In this document: piece after piece, positions 15,184-24,459 of the stretch
How positions within the stretch are numbered: the first letter of the stretch is position 1
Layout: every line of letters begins with the position of its first letter
DNA from: Dehalococcoidia bacterium UBA2777
GTDB lineage: Bacteria; Chloroflexota; Dehalococcoidia; UBA2247; UBA2777
Assembly (NCBI GenBank): GCA_002352365.1
Contig: DEIJ01000036.1
Coordinates: 1 to 32,642 of the forward strand
Length of the DNA: 32,642 nucleotides
Direction: 5' to 3'
Position numbers and translations under genes: made by a program
Notes under the pieces: model-generated
Told to the model about the DNA's origin: nothing
The model's database searches: none
Seen by the model: the letters and a program-made list of their open reading frames with translations, nothing else

Positions 15184-16509
15184 ATGGATTGGCAAGAAGG
15201 ATATAAACGGAAGGTGATTTCTGCCGAAGAGGCGGCAAAGCTTGTCAAATCGGGTGATCGGGTAGTATTTACCGCCGGCAGGGAAGCCTTTGCCGTGGGG
15301 CTCGCTCTGGCAGCCAGAAAAGAAGAACTCAACAATGTAGAGGTTTTTGTGCCTACTCCAGGGTATGACTTTGGCTGGTATGACCCTGGTTGGGAGGAGT
15401 CCTTCAATATAACCATAATGATGCCTACAGCAGTATGCCAAGAAGCAGTTGATGCCAGGAGATGTGATGTTAACTTTGGTACCGTCGTTCCCTTCTATTT
15501 CGAAAAAGAAGCCGAGGTGAGACCACCAGATGTTATACTCGCTGAAATATCGTCCCCAGATGAAAAGGGTTTTTGTAGCTTCGGGCAATCGCTGTGGAAT
15601 AAGAAAAGGCATATTAAACGAGCCAAGCTGGTAATAGCTGAGGTAAATCAAAATTTGATCAGAACCTATGGCGATAATTTTATCCATGTGTCCGAGATAG
15701 ATTACTTCGTGGAGCATATACCCTCGGGAGCTGCCCCAGGGGCGGGGAGCCTTGCTGGGAGAACTAAGAAGCAGCCTGAGCCTTACCTCAAGGATATCGC
15801 CGGATATATAGGCTCGCTTGTCAAAGATCGCGATACGCTCCAAATCGGTGTAGGTAGAACCACAGAGCCATTGGTGGGGCTGGGGCTACTAGATAACAAA
15901 TCTGATCTTGGCTTTCACTCCGAGGCCACACCCCCGGGAATAATAACCCTAGTGAGGGAAGGGGTAATCAATGGGAAATACAAAACCCTGAATCCAGAAA
16001 AGGTAGTGGTAACCTCATTAGGGGGAGGCACCAGAGAGGAGATGGAATGGGCAAATAATAACCCCCTATTTTGGCTGGTTGATGTAGCTTATCTTGAGGA
16101 CATAAGAATTATTGCTGAACATGATAACATGGTAGCCATCAACAACGCCCTGGCAATAGACCTTACCGGTCAGATTGCTGCTGAAGCTTTAGGAACACGT
16201 ATGTTAAGTACAGCTGGGGGGCAAATACCTTTTGTCTTCGGTGCCTTGCTAGCTAAAGGGGGGCGTTCTATCACTGTGCTTCCTTCTACAGCTCAAGGTG
16301 GTAAGGTCTCCCGCATTATGCCAACGCTGCCCCCAGGGACAGCAGTAACTATACAGCGTAATTGCGTTGATTATGTGGTTACTGAATATGGCATCGCTCA
16401 CCTGTGGGGGAAATCAATGCGGCAGAGAGCTCAGGAGCTCATCGCTATTGCCCACCCCGACCTCCGCGCTGAACTAAGTAAAGAAGCCCAAAAACTTTTC
16501 GGATCGTAA
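15184..16509 (+). CDS. acetyl-CoA hydrolase/4-hydroxybutyrate CoA-transferase family protein
   Basis: SAEEAAKLVKSGD, SSPDEKGFCSFG, IAEVN...RTYGD..IHVSEID, TLQIGVG, GFHSE (catalytic Glu), INNALAIDLTGQ, VVTEYGIA, IAIAHPD; alternative GTG start 15175. Confidence 0.92.
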   Translation: MDWQEGYKRKVISAEEAAKLVKSGDRVVFTAGREAFAVGLALAARKEELNNVEVFVPTPGYDFGWYDPGWEESFNITIMMPTAVCQEAVDARRCDVNFGTVVPFYFEKEAEVRPPDVILAEISSPDEKGFCSFGQSLWNKKRHIKRAKLVIAEVNQNLIRTYGDNFIHVSEIDYFVEHIPSGAAPGAGSLAGRTKKQPEPYLKDIAGYIGSLVKDRDTLQIGVGRTTEPLVGLGLLDNKSDLGFHSEATPPGIITLVREGVINGKYKTLNPEKVVVTSLGGGTREEMEWANNNPLFWLVDVAYLEDIRIIAEHDNMVAINNALAIDLTGQIAAEALGTRMLSTAGGQIPFVFGALLAKGGRSITVLPSTAQGGKVSRIMPTLPPGTAVTIQRNCVDYVVTEYGIAHLWGKSMRQRAQELIAIAHPDLRAELSKEAQKLFGS

Positions 16510-16510
16510 A

Positions 16511-16960
16511 ATGCCAATGACTATAGAACCCATCGGTGAGGTAAGATGTCAAATCAAACAACCAATACGGCAGGGATGGGGAAATGTAGTCTCCGAGCTG
16601 GTATTAAAGCCCGAATTTGCCGAGACAACAGAAGGTTTAGAAGGATTTTCTCACATTATCGTCCTCTTTTGGATGCATAAAGTCTACCCCCATCCCTCCC
16701 CGTGGGGTAAGATACATCCTCGAGGGAGACAAGACCTTCCTCTGGTGGGGTTATTTGCCACTCGGAGTCCAATTAGGCCAAATCCAATAGGGATGGCCAC
16801 AGTTAAGCTACTTGAGCGCCAGGGGAATATATTAAAGGTTATCGGCCTTGATGCCATCGATGGCACACCTATTTTAGACATCAAGCCCTATCTTCCCGAG
16901 AATGATTATGTGGCCACAGCAAAGTTTCCCGACTGGGTGAGGTGGGGAGAGGGAAAGTGA
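16511..16960 (+). CDS. trmO: TsaA/TrmO-family SAM-binding protein (tRNA m6t6A37 methyltransferase-like, single domain)
   Basis: GLEGFSHI.VLFWMH, GLFATRSP.RPNPIG, GLDAIDGTPILDIKPY. Confidence 0.88.
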   Translation: MPMTIEPIGEVRCQIKQPIRQGWGNVVSELVLKPEFAETTEGLEGFSHIIVLFWMHKVYPHPSPWGKIHPRGRQDLPLVGLFATRSPIRPNPIGMATVKLLERQGNILKVIGLDAIDGTPILDIKPYLPENDYVATAKFPDWVRWGEGK

Positions 16961-17229
16961 GAGCTCATTATGGCTATGCAGATGGGACGGGAGAATATTT
17001 TATTATTATTGACACCGATAAGTGTGATGGCTGTGGTGAATGCGTAGCTGCTTGCCCGGAAAATGTCTTGGAAATGGCTGAAGATGACTACGGCAAATTG
17101 GTAGCCAAGGTCAAAGATGAGATCATAACCACCTTAGGCTATATATGCCCTGGGTTCAAGGTATGTAGCCAAAGGGAAGTAAATTGCCGGGCCAGATGCA
17201 AACACGATGCCATTGCTCACACCTGGTAA
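16957..17229 (+). CDS. 4Fe-4S ferredoxin-like protein
   Basis: IDTDKCDGCGECVAACP plus four more Cys; GTGA overlap with trmO stop gives start 16957 (MRAHYGYADGTG). Confidence 0.88.
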   Translation: MRAHYGYADGTGEYFIIIDTDKCDGCGECVAACPENVLEMAEDDYGKLVAKVKDEIITTLGYICPGFKVCSQREVNCRARCKHDAIAHTW

Positions 17230-17240
17230 TGAATATATTA

Positions 17241-17843
17241 TTAATGCCCTAACTGAGTAGCGTATATATTAGAATAGAGTGAGTCGATTGAGCAGTGATG
17301 ATATTTTGTCAATTCTCGGACATCAATTAACCGAAATTCCCCCCTCAGGTAGGCTTCAAGATCAACAAAGCTGGTATGGAGCCCCAGGTCGCAAAGTAAG
17401 TGGGCGTCTGAGTTCTGAACTAACGGTATGTTTCTTTCTTCAGCAATCTGGTAAGCCAGAGGAAATTTACCGCGATTACTGCCAAACTCAACAGCATCAA
17501 GTTTCACCTGATTGGTGTACTCGAAAGGTGTGCGAGGATGTGCTAGTATGTAGTAGTCCTTGCCAAATGCCGATATGCGCAGGATGTGATGATTCCCCCA
17601 GTCGATTTCTTCACCGGGCAGGATTATTACCCCGAAGTCCTCAGCGTACTTAGCTGCCTCACAGCCCAGGGAGAAGTCATTATGCTCAGTTATAGCTATT
17701 CCATCAAGCCCCCTCTTTTTCATCATCTTTACTATCCTCCCTATGCTGTCTCTGGTGATCTGGCTCGGTTTGGTTATGCATGAGCCTTCGAGAGGATGGG
17801 TATGTAGATCAAACCTTAGGGCGCATCCATTTCTATAGTTCAT
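17241..17843 (-). CDS. PHP-domain metal-dependent phosphoesterase
   Basis: DLHTH, GLDGIAITEHN, PGEEI, AHP, NSDAH; start moved to ATG 17843 behind AGGAGG. Confidence 0.88.
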   Translation of the reverse strand: MNYRNGCALRFDLHTHPLEGSCITKPSQITRDSIGRIVKMMKKRGLDGIAITEHNDFSLGCEAAKYAEDFGVIILPGEEIDWGNHHILRISAFGKDYYILAHPRTPFEYTNQVKLDAVEFGSNRGKFPLAYQIAEERNIPLVQNSDAHLLCDLGLHTSFVDLEAYLRGEFRLIDVRELTKYHHCSIDSLYSNIYATQLGH

Positions 17844-17871
17844 TTCAGGCCCTCCTGCAAATACACCTAAC

Positions 17872-17900
17872 AGTATAATCCACAACGAGCCAATGGTAAA
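17872..17900 (-). promoter_or_regulatory. putative promoter of the PHP gene
   Basis: minus strand TTTACC-N17-TATACT. Confidence 0.5.
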
Positions 17901-17929
17901 GAGACGGTAGATTGCCTTTGGCCCAATTG

Positions 17930-17959
17930 TTGACATTTCATCATACCATCTAGTAAGAT
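17930..17959 (+). promoter_or_regulatory. putative promoter of the yfcE-like/dehydratase/fabF/recJ run
   Basis: TTGACA-N18-TAAGAT. Confidence 0.5.
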
Positions 17960-17975
17960 AACCAATACTGCTACG

Positions 17976-18488
17976 ATGGTGAGAATTGGGCTTGTTTCTG
18001 ATACCCATATTTCTAAGAAAGATATCACCGAACTCCCTCCACAGGTGATAGATGCCTTTGCCGGGGTAGAACTTATCCTCCATGGTGGTGATATCTACCT
18101 TCTTGAGGTTCTAGATGAGCTCGAGGCTATAGCCCCAGTGCTTGCTGCCCGAGGAAATGGTGATATTTGGTTGCCCGAAGACCCTCGCCTGAAAGAGAGC
18201 CAGGTGCTAAACATAGATGGGGTAAGCATCGGGTTAACTCATAGCTTAGATTATCCTGAGCCTGTGTGGAGAAGCTTCGAGGCGGCGATGAAATCGGAAT
18301 TCGGTGGCCGGGTGGATATCTTTATCTTTGGTGGTAGCCATAAGGCAATGGTTGAGACCTATAAAGGGGTTCTCTTAGTGAATCCGGGCAGCCCCACTCT
18401 CCCCCTAGGATTTCGACGGCTGGGTACTATAGGGATACTCGAAATCAGCCAAGGCAGGGCGGAGGCTCATATTGTTCCCCTGGGCTAA
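17976..18488 (+). CDS. YfcE/MJ0936-family metallophosphoesterase
   Basis: IGLVSDTH, ILHGGDI, ARGNGD, IFGGSH, VNPGSPT. Confidence 0.88.
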   Translation: MVRIGLVSDTHISKKDITELPPQVIDAFAGVELILHGGDIYLLEVLDELEAIAPVLAARGNGDIWLPEDPRLKESQVLNIDGVSIGLTHSLDYPEPVWRSFEAAMKSEFGGRVDIFIFGGSHKAMVETYKGVLLVNPGSPTLPLGFRRLGTIGILEISQGRAEAHIVPLG

Positions 18489-18508
18489 GAGGATGAGAAG
18501 GGAGTGAC

Positions 18509-19660
18509 ATGGCACAACAACACGCAGTTATCACCGAAGAAGCCATAGCCAAGTTGAAAAGCAGAATAGGCATAAAGTGGCAGCCTAGAGAGTCGTGGTT
18601 TAATGAGATGGCAACTCGTGATGCTATAAGGCACTTTGCTCAGGGCATCGGGGATGAGAATCCCCTGTGGCAAGACGAGGAATATGCCCAAAAGACAAAG
18701 TATGGCAGCATTATCGCCCCTGGTTGCTTTCTGTACAGCGTCTATTGGGCTGTGGGCAGCTGGGGAGGATTACCTGGCATTCACGGCTGGCACTCGGGAA
18801 ATGATTGGGAGTTCTATCAGCCGATATTTGTTAACGATAAAATCACCTTTACTGAGGTGCTTACCGATGTAGTGGAGAAGCAAAGCAGGATGTCGGGGAG
18901 GACGATTATTCAGTATAGTGATACTATCTATACAAATCAGCAAGGAGAAGTTATTGCCAAAACCAAAGGATGGTGTATTAGGGCCGAGAGGGGCGCTTCT
19001 AGGGAGAAAGGTAGATACTCTGGGGTGAGGAAGGCTCAGTATACCCCTGATGAGCTTCTGGCTATTGAGCAGGCCTATGATAGAGAAGACATCCGGGGGA
19101 CTACCCCCCGCTACTGGGAAGATGTTAAGACGGGCGATGAGTTAACCCCAGTAGTTAAAGGGCCGCTTAGCTTAAGAGACATGATAGCTTGGCTTATGGG
19201 AGTCGGCTCTTACTTTATGCGGGCTCATCGGCGTGCTTTAGATTATCAGCGCCGCCATCCTGCAGTGGGAATGATAGACTCAGCTACTGGCATAACCGAT
19301 GTGCCAGAGCTGGTGCATGTGGAGAATACCCGGGCTGAGGAGATTGGTATCCCTGGCGCCTATGACTATGGGCCGCAGCGGATTTCTTGGTTGGGGCATC
19401 TGCTTACCAATTGGATGGGAGATGATGGCTTCCTCAAGAGATTATATGCTGAGCTACGCGGCTTCAACATGATTGGAGATACCACCTGGTGCAAAGGCAA
19501 GCTAATTAGGAAGTATGTTGAGAATGAGGCACATTTGGTGGATATCGACTGCTGGGGAGAGAATCAGCGAGGCGAGATTACCATGCCAGGACGGGCAACG
19601 GTGATTTTACCCTCACGGCTGCACGGCCCGGTGGTTTATCCTACAGTACCACAGGGGTGA
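18509..19660 (+). CDS. tandem MaoC-like (double hot-dog) acyl dehydratase
   Basis: AIRHFAQGIGDENPLW...IIAP; second domain RYWEDVKTGDEL..KGPL, H...A.EIGIPGAYDYG, LLTNWMGDDG, NQRGE..PG.A.V.LP. Confidence 0.85.
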   Translation: MAQQHAVITEEAIAKLKSRIGIKWQPRESWFNEMATRDAIRHFAQGIGDENPLWQDEEYAQKTKYGSIIAPGCFLYSVYWAVGSWGGLPGIHGWHSGNDWEFYQPIFVNDKITFTEVLTDVVEKQSRMSGRTIIQYSDTIYTNQQGEVIAKTKGWCIRAERGASREKGRYSGVRKAQYTPDELLAIEQAYDREDIRGTTPRYWEDVKTGDELTPVVKGPLSLRDMIAWLMGVGSYFMRAHRRALDYQRRHPAVGMIDSATGITDVPELVHVENTRAEEIGIPGAYDYGPQRISWLGHLLTNWMGDDGFLKRLYAELRGFNMIGDTTWCKGKLIRKYVENEAHLVDIDCWGENQRGEITMPGRATVILPSRLHGPVVYPTVPQG

Positions 19661-20916
19661 AAATGAGAAAAGGCTCAAACAACCGAGTTGTGGTTACTGG
19701 AATGGGGGTGGTGAGCCCTCTAGGGTGTGATCTTGGCTCAATGTGGGCTGGGCTGGTAGATGGAAAGTCGGGTGTAGATCGCATTAGCCTATTTGACCCC
19801 GAGTCATTCGAAACCAAAATTGCTGCTGAGGTCAAGGGATTCGATCCCGCAGACTATATGGATCGTAAGCAAGCAGCACGCGCTGATCGCTTTGTCCAAT
19901 TTGCTGTAGCCGCAAGCCTCCAAGCAGTAAGGCAAGCTGAGATCAAGATCGAGCCACATAATGCTGCCGAAGTCGGGGTTATTATTGGGAGTACTGTCGG
20001 TGGAATAGCCACCCTTCTTGACCAAGTTAATATCCTAGTGCAGCGGGGCCCTAGCAGGGTAAGCCCCTTTCTGGCTCCCATGGTGATGCCTGATGCTGCT
20101 TCGGGGCAGGTTTCCATAGTATTGGGGGCAAAAGGAGTAAATTTCTCCACCACCTCTTCTTGTGCTAGTGGAGCCAACGCTATTGGCGAGTCAACCGAAA
20201 TCATCAGGCGTGGCGATGCGCAGGTAATGATTGCTGGGGGCACTGAGGTAGCAATTAATCCAATATGCATCGCTGCCTTCAATGCCATTCGGGCCACATC
20301 AACCCGGAACCACGAGCCGCAGAAAGCTTCTTGCCCTTTTGATGCCGAGCGTGATGGGTTTGTCCCTGGTGAGGGAGCAGGAGTATTAGTTTTGGAGGAC
20401 CTCCATTTTGCTCTAAAGCGGGGGGCCCACATTCTGGCCGAGGTTATCGGCTACGGAGCTACTTCCGATGCTTATCACATGGTTCATCCTGACGAAAAAG
20501 GAGGCGGTGGAGCTAGAGCAATGCAAATTGCCCTCAAGAAGGCAAAAATTGCCCCTGAGGCAGTTGGCTACATTAATGCCCATGGTACCTCCACACAGCT
20601 AAACGATAAGTCGGAGACACTGGCCATAAAAACTGCCCTGGGTAGCGCTGCCTATCATATTCCCATCAGCTCCACTAAATCGATGATGGGCCATCTCTTG
20701 AGTGCTGGCGGCGCCGTCGAGGCGGTGATATCCATATTGGTTATTCAACAGAAAGTTATACCACCAACGATAAACTTAGTTCACCCTGATCCAGATTGTG
20801 ACTTAGATTATGTGCCTGAGATATGCCGCCCAGCCAATGTGAGCATAGTGCTGTCTAACTCCTTTGGCTTCGGCGGGCATAATTCCACCCTTATCTTCCG
20901 AGAGTATGGAGTATAA
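19657..20916 (+). CDS. fabF: beta-ketoacyl-ACP synthase II
   Basis: RVVVTGMG, SSCASG (Cys), INAHGTST, STKSMMGH, SNSFGFGGHN; alternative ATG 19663. Confidence 0.96.
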   Translation: MKMRKGSNNRVVVTGMGVVSPLGCDLGSMWAGLVDGKSGVDRISLFDPESFETKIAAEVKGFDPADYMDRKQAARADRFVQFAVAASLQAVRQAEIKIEPHNAAEVGVIIGSTVGGIATLLDQVNILVQRGPSRVSPFLAPMVMPDAASGQVSIVLGAKGVNFSTTSSCASGANAIGESTEIIRRGDAQVMIAGGTEVAINPICIAAFNAIRATSTRNHEPQKASCPFDAERDGFVPGEGAGVLVLEDLHFALKRGAHILAEVIGYGATSDAYHMVHPDEKGGGGARAMQIALKKAKIAPEAVGYINAHGTSTQLNDKSETLAIKTALGSAAYHIPISSTKSMMGHLLSAGGAVEAVISILVIQQKVIPPTINLVHPDPDCDLDYVPEICRPANVSIVLSNSFGFGGHNSTLIFREYGV

Positions 20917-20943
20917 CGAGCAGGAACTAGGAACACAGGTAAA

Positions 20944-22626
20944 TTGTTGAACCATCGCCGCTGGAAAATTCTGCCCCCAGCCCCGAGCGGATACTTGGCT
21001 AAAATGGCAGGATTTCCCACACCTTTAGCTCAATTCTTTTACCACCGCGGCATTGCCGAGCTGAGCCAAATCGACCCTTTTCTTGCCGCCGATGAGCGCC
21101 TTTGTGGTGATCCTTTTCTCCTTCCCGACATGGATAGAGCAATGAGCAGAGTCTACCAGGCTCTGCTTCGTGGGGAAAATATGACTATCTATGGTGACTT
21201 CGATGCTGATGGCATTTGTAGTACTGCTCTTCTGATCCAGGGCCTCTCCCTCCTGGGAGCAAAGGTTACCCCCTATATACCCCATCGCCTTAGAGAAGGA
21301 CATGGGCTTACCTCATCTGCCTTAGAAAGCCTCTATCACCAGGGCATCAGTTTGGTTATCACCGTTGATTGCGGCACTACAGCTATCTCGGAAGTAGCCT
21401 CAGCTTCAAGGCTGGGGTTGGATATAATTATCACCGACCACCATGTAGCCGCCTCTCCCCTTCCCGAAGCCTATGCAGTAGTCAATCCCCAGCGAGAGGA
21501 TTCCATTTATCCCTTCCCACGGCTTGCCGGAGTAGGGGTGGCTTACAAATTCCTTGAGGCACTTTTCCGGTCGCTGGGTAAACAGAAAGAAGAGCTAAAG
21601 GAGTTTTTGGATTTAGTAGCTATAGGCACTGTAGCTGATATGGTACCCGTGGTGGATGAGAACCGCTATTTGGTAAAGCAAGGGCTAAAGCGGCTCAACC
21701 AAACAAGGCGGCTGGGACTTTTGGAGATGATGCATCTTGCTGGGTTACGCTTAGGCAGCTTAGACACTCAAGACATCTCTTGGAGTTTGGGGCCACGTCT
21801 CAATGCTGCCGGCAGATTAGATCATGCTCTTATCGGCTACAAGTTATTGGTAACTGACTCACCGCCTGAAGCACAAGCTTTAGCCCAGGAGCTAGAGCAA
21901 AAGAACGCTGAACGACAAAGACTAACTGAGCTGGCTTTGGCTAAAGCAAAGCAGAAACTGCCGGCTACCATTCCCCCTATCCTAGTGGTAGGGGGAGAAG
22001 ACTTCCCGGCCGGGGTTGTAGGACTTGTCGCCGCAAAACTCGTGGATGAATTCTACCGCCCAGCCATTGTTTTGGAGATAGGAGAAAGCCTCAGCCGGGG
22101 TAGTGCCCGCAGCATCCCAGAGTTCGATATCATCGCTGCCCTTATGGGGTGTCAGGAATTCCTTTCGAGGCTGGGTGGGCACCCCATGGCAGCAGGATTT
22201 TCCTTGCCTACCAAAAATCTCCCCCTCCTCGAGCAGTGCCTCAAAGAGATAGCTACAAATCAGCTCTCGGGGATCGATCTTCAGCCCTACTTAACCATTG
22301 AAACTGAAGTCCCTCTTCCCCTCTTGGCTGGGGAAACTTTCGCCATGATAAAAAGGCTTGCCCCTTTTGGTTATGGTAATCCAGTGCCTACTTTCCTTAG
22401 TCGGCAAGTCGAGGTGATAGACTGCCGCTGTGTAGGTAGTAAACAAGAGCACTTGAAGCTAAAGGTACGGCAGGGCAATACCGTCTGGGAGGGGATCGGC
22501 TTTGATCTGGCTAATCTGGCTACTGAGGTAACACCATACCTTGATCTAGTATATAACTTGGGGGTGGATCAATGGGGCAATCAAGAGATGCTCGAGCTCA
22601 ATATCCTTGATTTTGCCTCCGCTTGA
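20944..22626 (+). CDS. recJ: single-stranded DNA exonuclease RecJ
   Basis: YGDFDADG, ITVDCG, ITDHH, GTVAD, PRLNAAGR, RGSARS, GGHPMAAG, PFGYGNP. Confidence 0.96.
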   Translation: MLNHRRWKILPPAPSGYLAKMAGFPTPLAQFFYHRGIAELSQIDPFLAADERLCGDPFLLPDMDRAMSRVYQALLRGENMTIYGDFDADGICSTALLIQGLSLLGAKVTPYIPHRLREGHGLTSSALESLYHQGISLVITVDCGTTAISEVASASRLGLDIIITDHHVAASPLPEAYAVVNPQREDSIYPFPRLAGVGVAYKFLEALFRSLGKQKEELKEFLDLVAIGTVADMVPVVDENRYLVKQGLKRLNQTRRLGLLEMMHLAGLRLGSLDTQDISWSLGPRLNAAGRLDHALIGYKLLVTDSPPEAQALAQELEQKNAERQRLTELALAKAKQKLPATIPPILVVGGEDFPAGVVGLVAAKLVDEFYRPAIVLEIGESLSRGSARSIPEFDIIAALMGCQEFLSRLGGHPMAAGFSLPTKNLPLLEQCLKEIATNQLSGIDLQPYLTIETEVPLPLLAGETFAMIKRLAPFGYGNPVPTFLSRQVEVIDCRCVGSKQEHLKLKVRQGNTVWEGIGFDLANLATEVTPYLDLVYNLGVDQWGNQEMLELNILDFASA

Positions 22627-22629
22627 GAG

Positions 22630-23406
22630 TTAAACGCTTTGAACTTTTCTATAAGCCAAAAGAGCAGTAGCGGCTATAAATAGAACCAGTGAGAAAATAT
22701 GCGCCTGATGCAAGGGCCCCAGGACTTCGGGCTCGGCTCTTACCCAGCTAATAAAGAAGCGCCCGAAGGAATACATGGCCATTGAAATAAGGAAAAGCGA
22801 GCCCTCTGGTCGGATTTTTCCTCGCAGTCGCCATAATGTGGCCACAATGGCTAGATCCCAAATAATCTCATAAATCGGTGCTGGATGGGTGGCTACCCCC
22901 CACATCCCCCGGGGGACTAAAGCGCCAGGATGAGTATAGGTAACGCTCCAGGGCAGAGAGGTTGAGGTACCACAAGCGTCGCCATTTATGGTGCAGCCAA
23001 TCCTCCCTATAGCTAAGCCGATGATTAGAGCTGGGGCAGCAGCATCGGCAAAGCGCCATAAGGAGAATCTCTTTATCCGGGCACAGACTACCACCGCCAA
23101 TACCCCGCCTATAAGCCCTCCATACCAGGCTAACCCCCCGTCCCAAAAGGCAATTATTTTCCCCGGATAGCAGGTATAGTAATCTAAATTATCCAGAATA
23201 TGAACTGCTCTGGCACCCAATAGGCCGAGAACTATCGCCCAAATTATAGCGGAATAGATGGCCTCCTCGGCGATGCCACTACCTTTTGCTGAGCGCAAGG
23301 TTAGCAGAACACCCACGATCATGGCCAAAGCCATGATAACCCCGTGCCAACTGACGGTAACCACGCCTAGCTCGATGATGTTGGGGTCAATCCCGATATC
23401 CAACAA
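22630..23406 (-). CDS. lgt: prolipoprotein diacylglyceryl transferase
   Basis: WHG, GARAVH, GGLAWYGG, IGRIGCTINGD, HPAPIYE, YSFGRFF; TTG start behind AGGAGG. Confidence 0.92.
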   Translation of the reverse strand: MLDIGIDPNIIELGVVTVSWHGVIMALAMIVGVLLTLRSAKGSGIAEEAIYSAIIWAIVLGLLGARAVHILDNLDYYTCYPGKIIAFWDGGLAWYGGLIGGVLAVVVCARIKRFSLWRFADAAAPALIIGLAIGRIGCTINGDACGTSTSLPWSVTYTHPGALVPRGMWGVATHPAPIYEIIWDLAIVATLWRLRGKIRPEGSLFLISMAMYSFGRFFISWVRAEPEVLGPLHQAHIFSLVLFIAATALLAYRKVQSV

Positions 23407-23541
23407 TGCCTCCTCACTTCATGTTTCTCGGTAACTTGCCACCGGTCTTGCCAGCCCTTGCTGAGCCAGGGAATAGAGAGTAACTGGATGAGGATGCCAG
23501 GCCAACCTTGCTGGATTGCCATCCACATATAGTGGAGAGGG

Positions 23542-24459
23542 TCAGCTGAAGAGCGCCTCCACAAAGGTCTGGGCCTCAAAGGGAGCCAGATCATCCAAAG
23601 TTTCACCAGTGCCGACAAATTGAATGGGGATTTTCAATTGGTCAGCAATAGCCAGCACAATCCCTCCTTTGGCGGTACTATCCAGCTTGGCCAAAATAAT
23701 CCCGCTGACATTTACCGCCTCGGTAAAATATCTGGCCTGAGCCAAACCATTCTGCCCGGTAGTGGCATCAAGGACTAGGAGCACTTCGCTAGGTGCTAAA
23801 GGATCAATTCTTTGCATTACTCGGCGAATTTTCTTAAGCTCTTCCATCAGGTTGAACTTAGTATGAAGGCGGCCAGCAGTATCAACGATAACCACCTCGA
23901 GATTACGGCTTTTCGCCGCCTGAAGGGCATCAAAGACTACTGCCCCAGGATCAGCGCCAGGCTGATGAGCTACGGTGTGGGCACCTACCCGTTCACCCCA
24001 CAGTTTGAGCTGGTCAATAGCTGCTGCCCTGAAGGTATCTGCGGCAGCCAGCAAGACCTTCTTCCCCTCCTGTTCAAAACTATAAGCGAGCTTAGCAATG
24101 CTAGTTGTCTTGCCTGAACCATTCACCCCTACCACCAGGATAACCTTAGGTGATATATTTTCGGCTTTTGACTTCAGCTCGGCTCTATCAACCATCAAGA
24201 TTTTGATCATCTCCTCTTTCAAGGCAGCATGCACCTGGTGAGTTGTTTGAAGTCTTTCCTCCCTCACCCGCTCCTTTGTCGCCCGAATAAGTTTAGCCGC
24301 GGTATCAACTCCTACATCGGCAGCGATGAGCAGTTCCTCTAGCTCTTCCCATATCCCTTCCTCTATTGAGGGGCGCTCGAAAAGACCCTTCACTTTGCCA
24401 AACCAAGTCTCTCGGCTTCGCTTTAACGCCTGCTCCGTCTTTTTAAATGGACTTAGCAC
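23542..24459 (-). CDS. ftsY: signal recognition particle receptor FtsY
   Basis: GVNGSGKTT, DTFRAAA, DTAGR, DATTGQN, KLDSTAKGG; short N-terminus without an acidic domain. Confidence 0.97.
   Translation of the reverse strand: MLSPFKKTEQALKRSRETWFGKVKGLFERPSIEEGIWEELEELLIAADVGVDTAAKLIRATKERVREERLQTTHQVHAALKEEMIKILMVDRAELKSKAENISPKVILVVGVNGSGKTTSIAKLAYSFEQEGKKVLLAAADTFRAAAIDQLKLWGERVGAHTVAHQPGADPGAVVFDALQAAKSRNLEVVIVDTAGRLHTKFNLMEELKKIRRVMQRIDPLAPSEVLLVLDATTGQNGLAQARYFTEAVNVSGIILAKLDSTAKGGIVLAIADQLKIPIQFVGTGETLDDLAPFEAQTFVEALFS

Noticed and set aside
15139-15843. 234-aa minus-strand ORF
   Set aside because: Antisense shadow of the well-supported CoA-transferase; no recognisable motifs.
16957-16960. 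Selenocysteine readthrough of TGA stops, prompted by the LysR type
   Set aside because: The TGA stops I checked coincide with natural protein ends or start/stop overlaps; none interrupts a domain at a Cys position.
17844-18083. 80-aa N-terminal extension of the PHP ORF
   Set aside because: Overlaps the divergent YfcE gene and both promoters; a strong RBS precedes ATG 17843.
19854-20432. 192-aa minus-strand ORF
   Set aside because: Antisense shadow of fabF.
23407-23541. SRP RNA or small ORF between ftsY and lgt
   Set aside because: No SRP helix-8 motif (CAGG-N-GGAA-N-AGCAG) on either strand; the ORF 23367..23618 overlaps both neighbours and has no motif.
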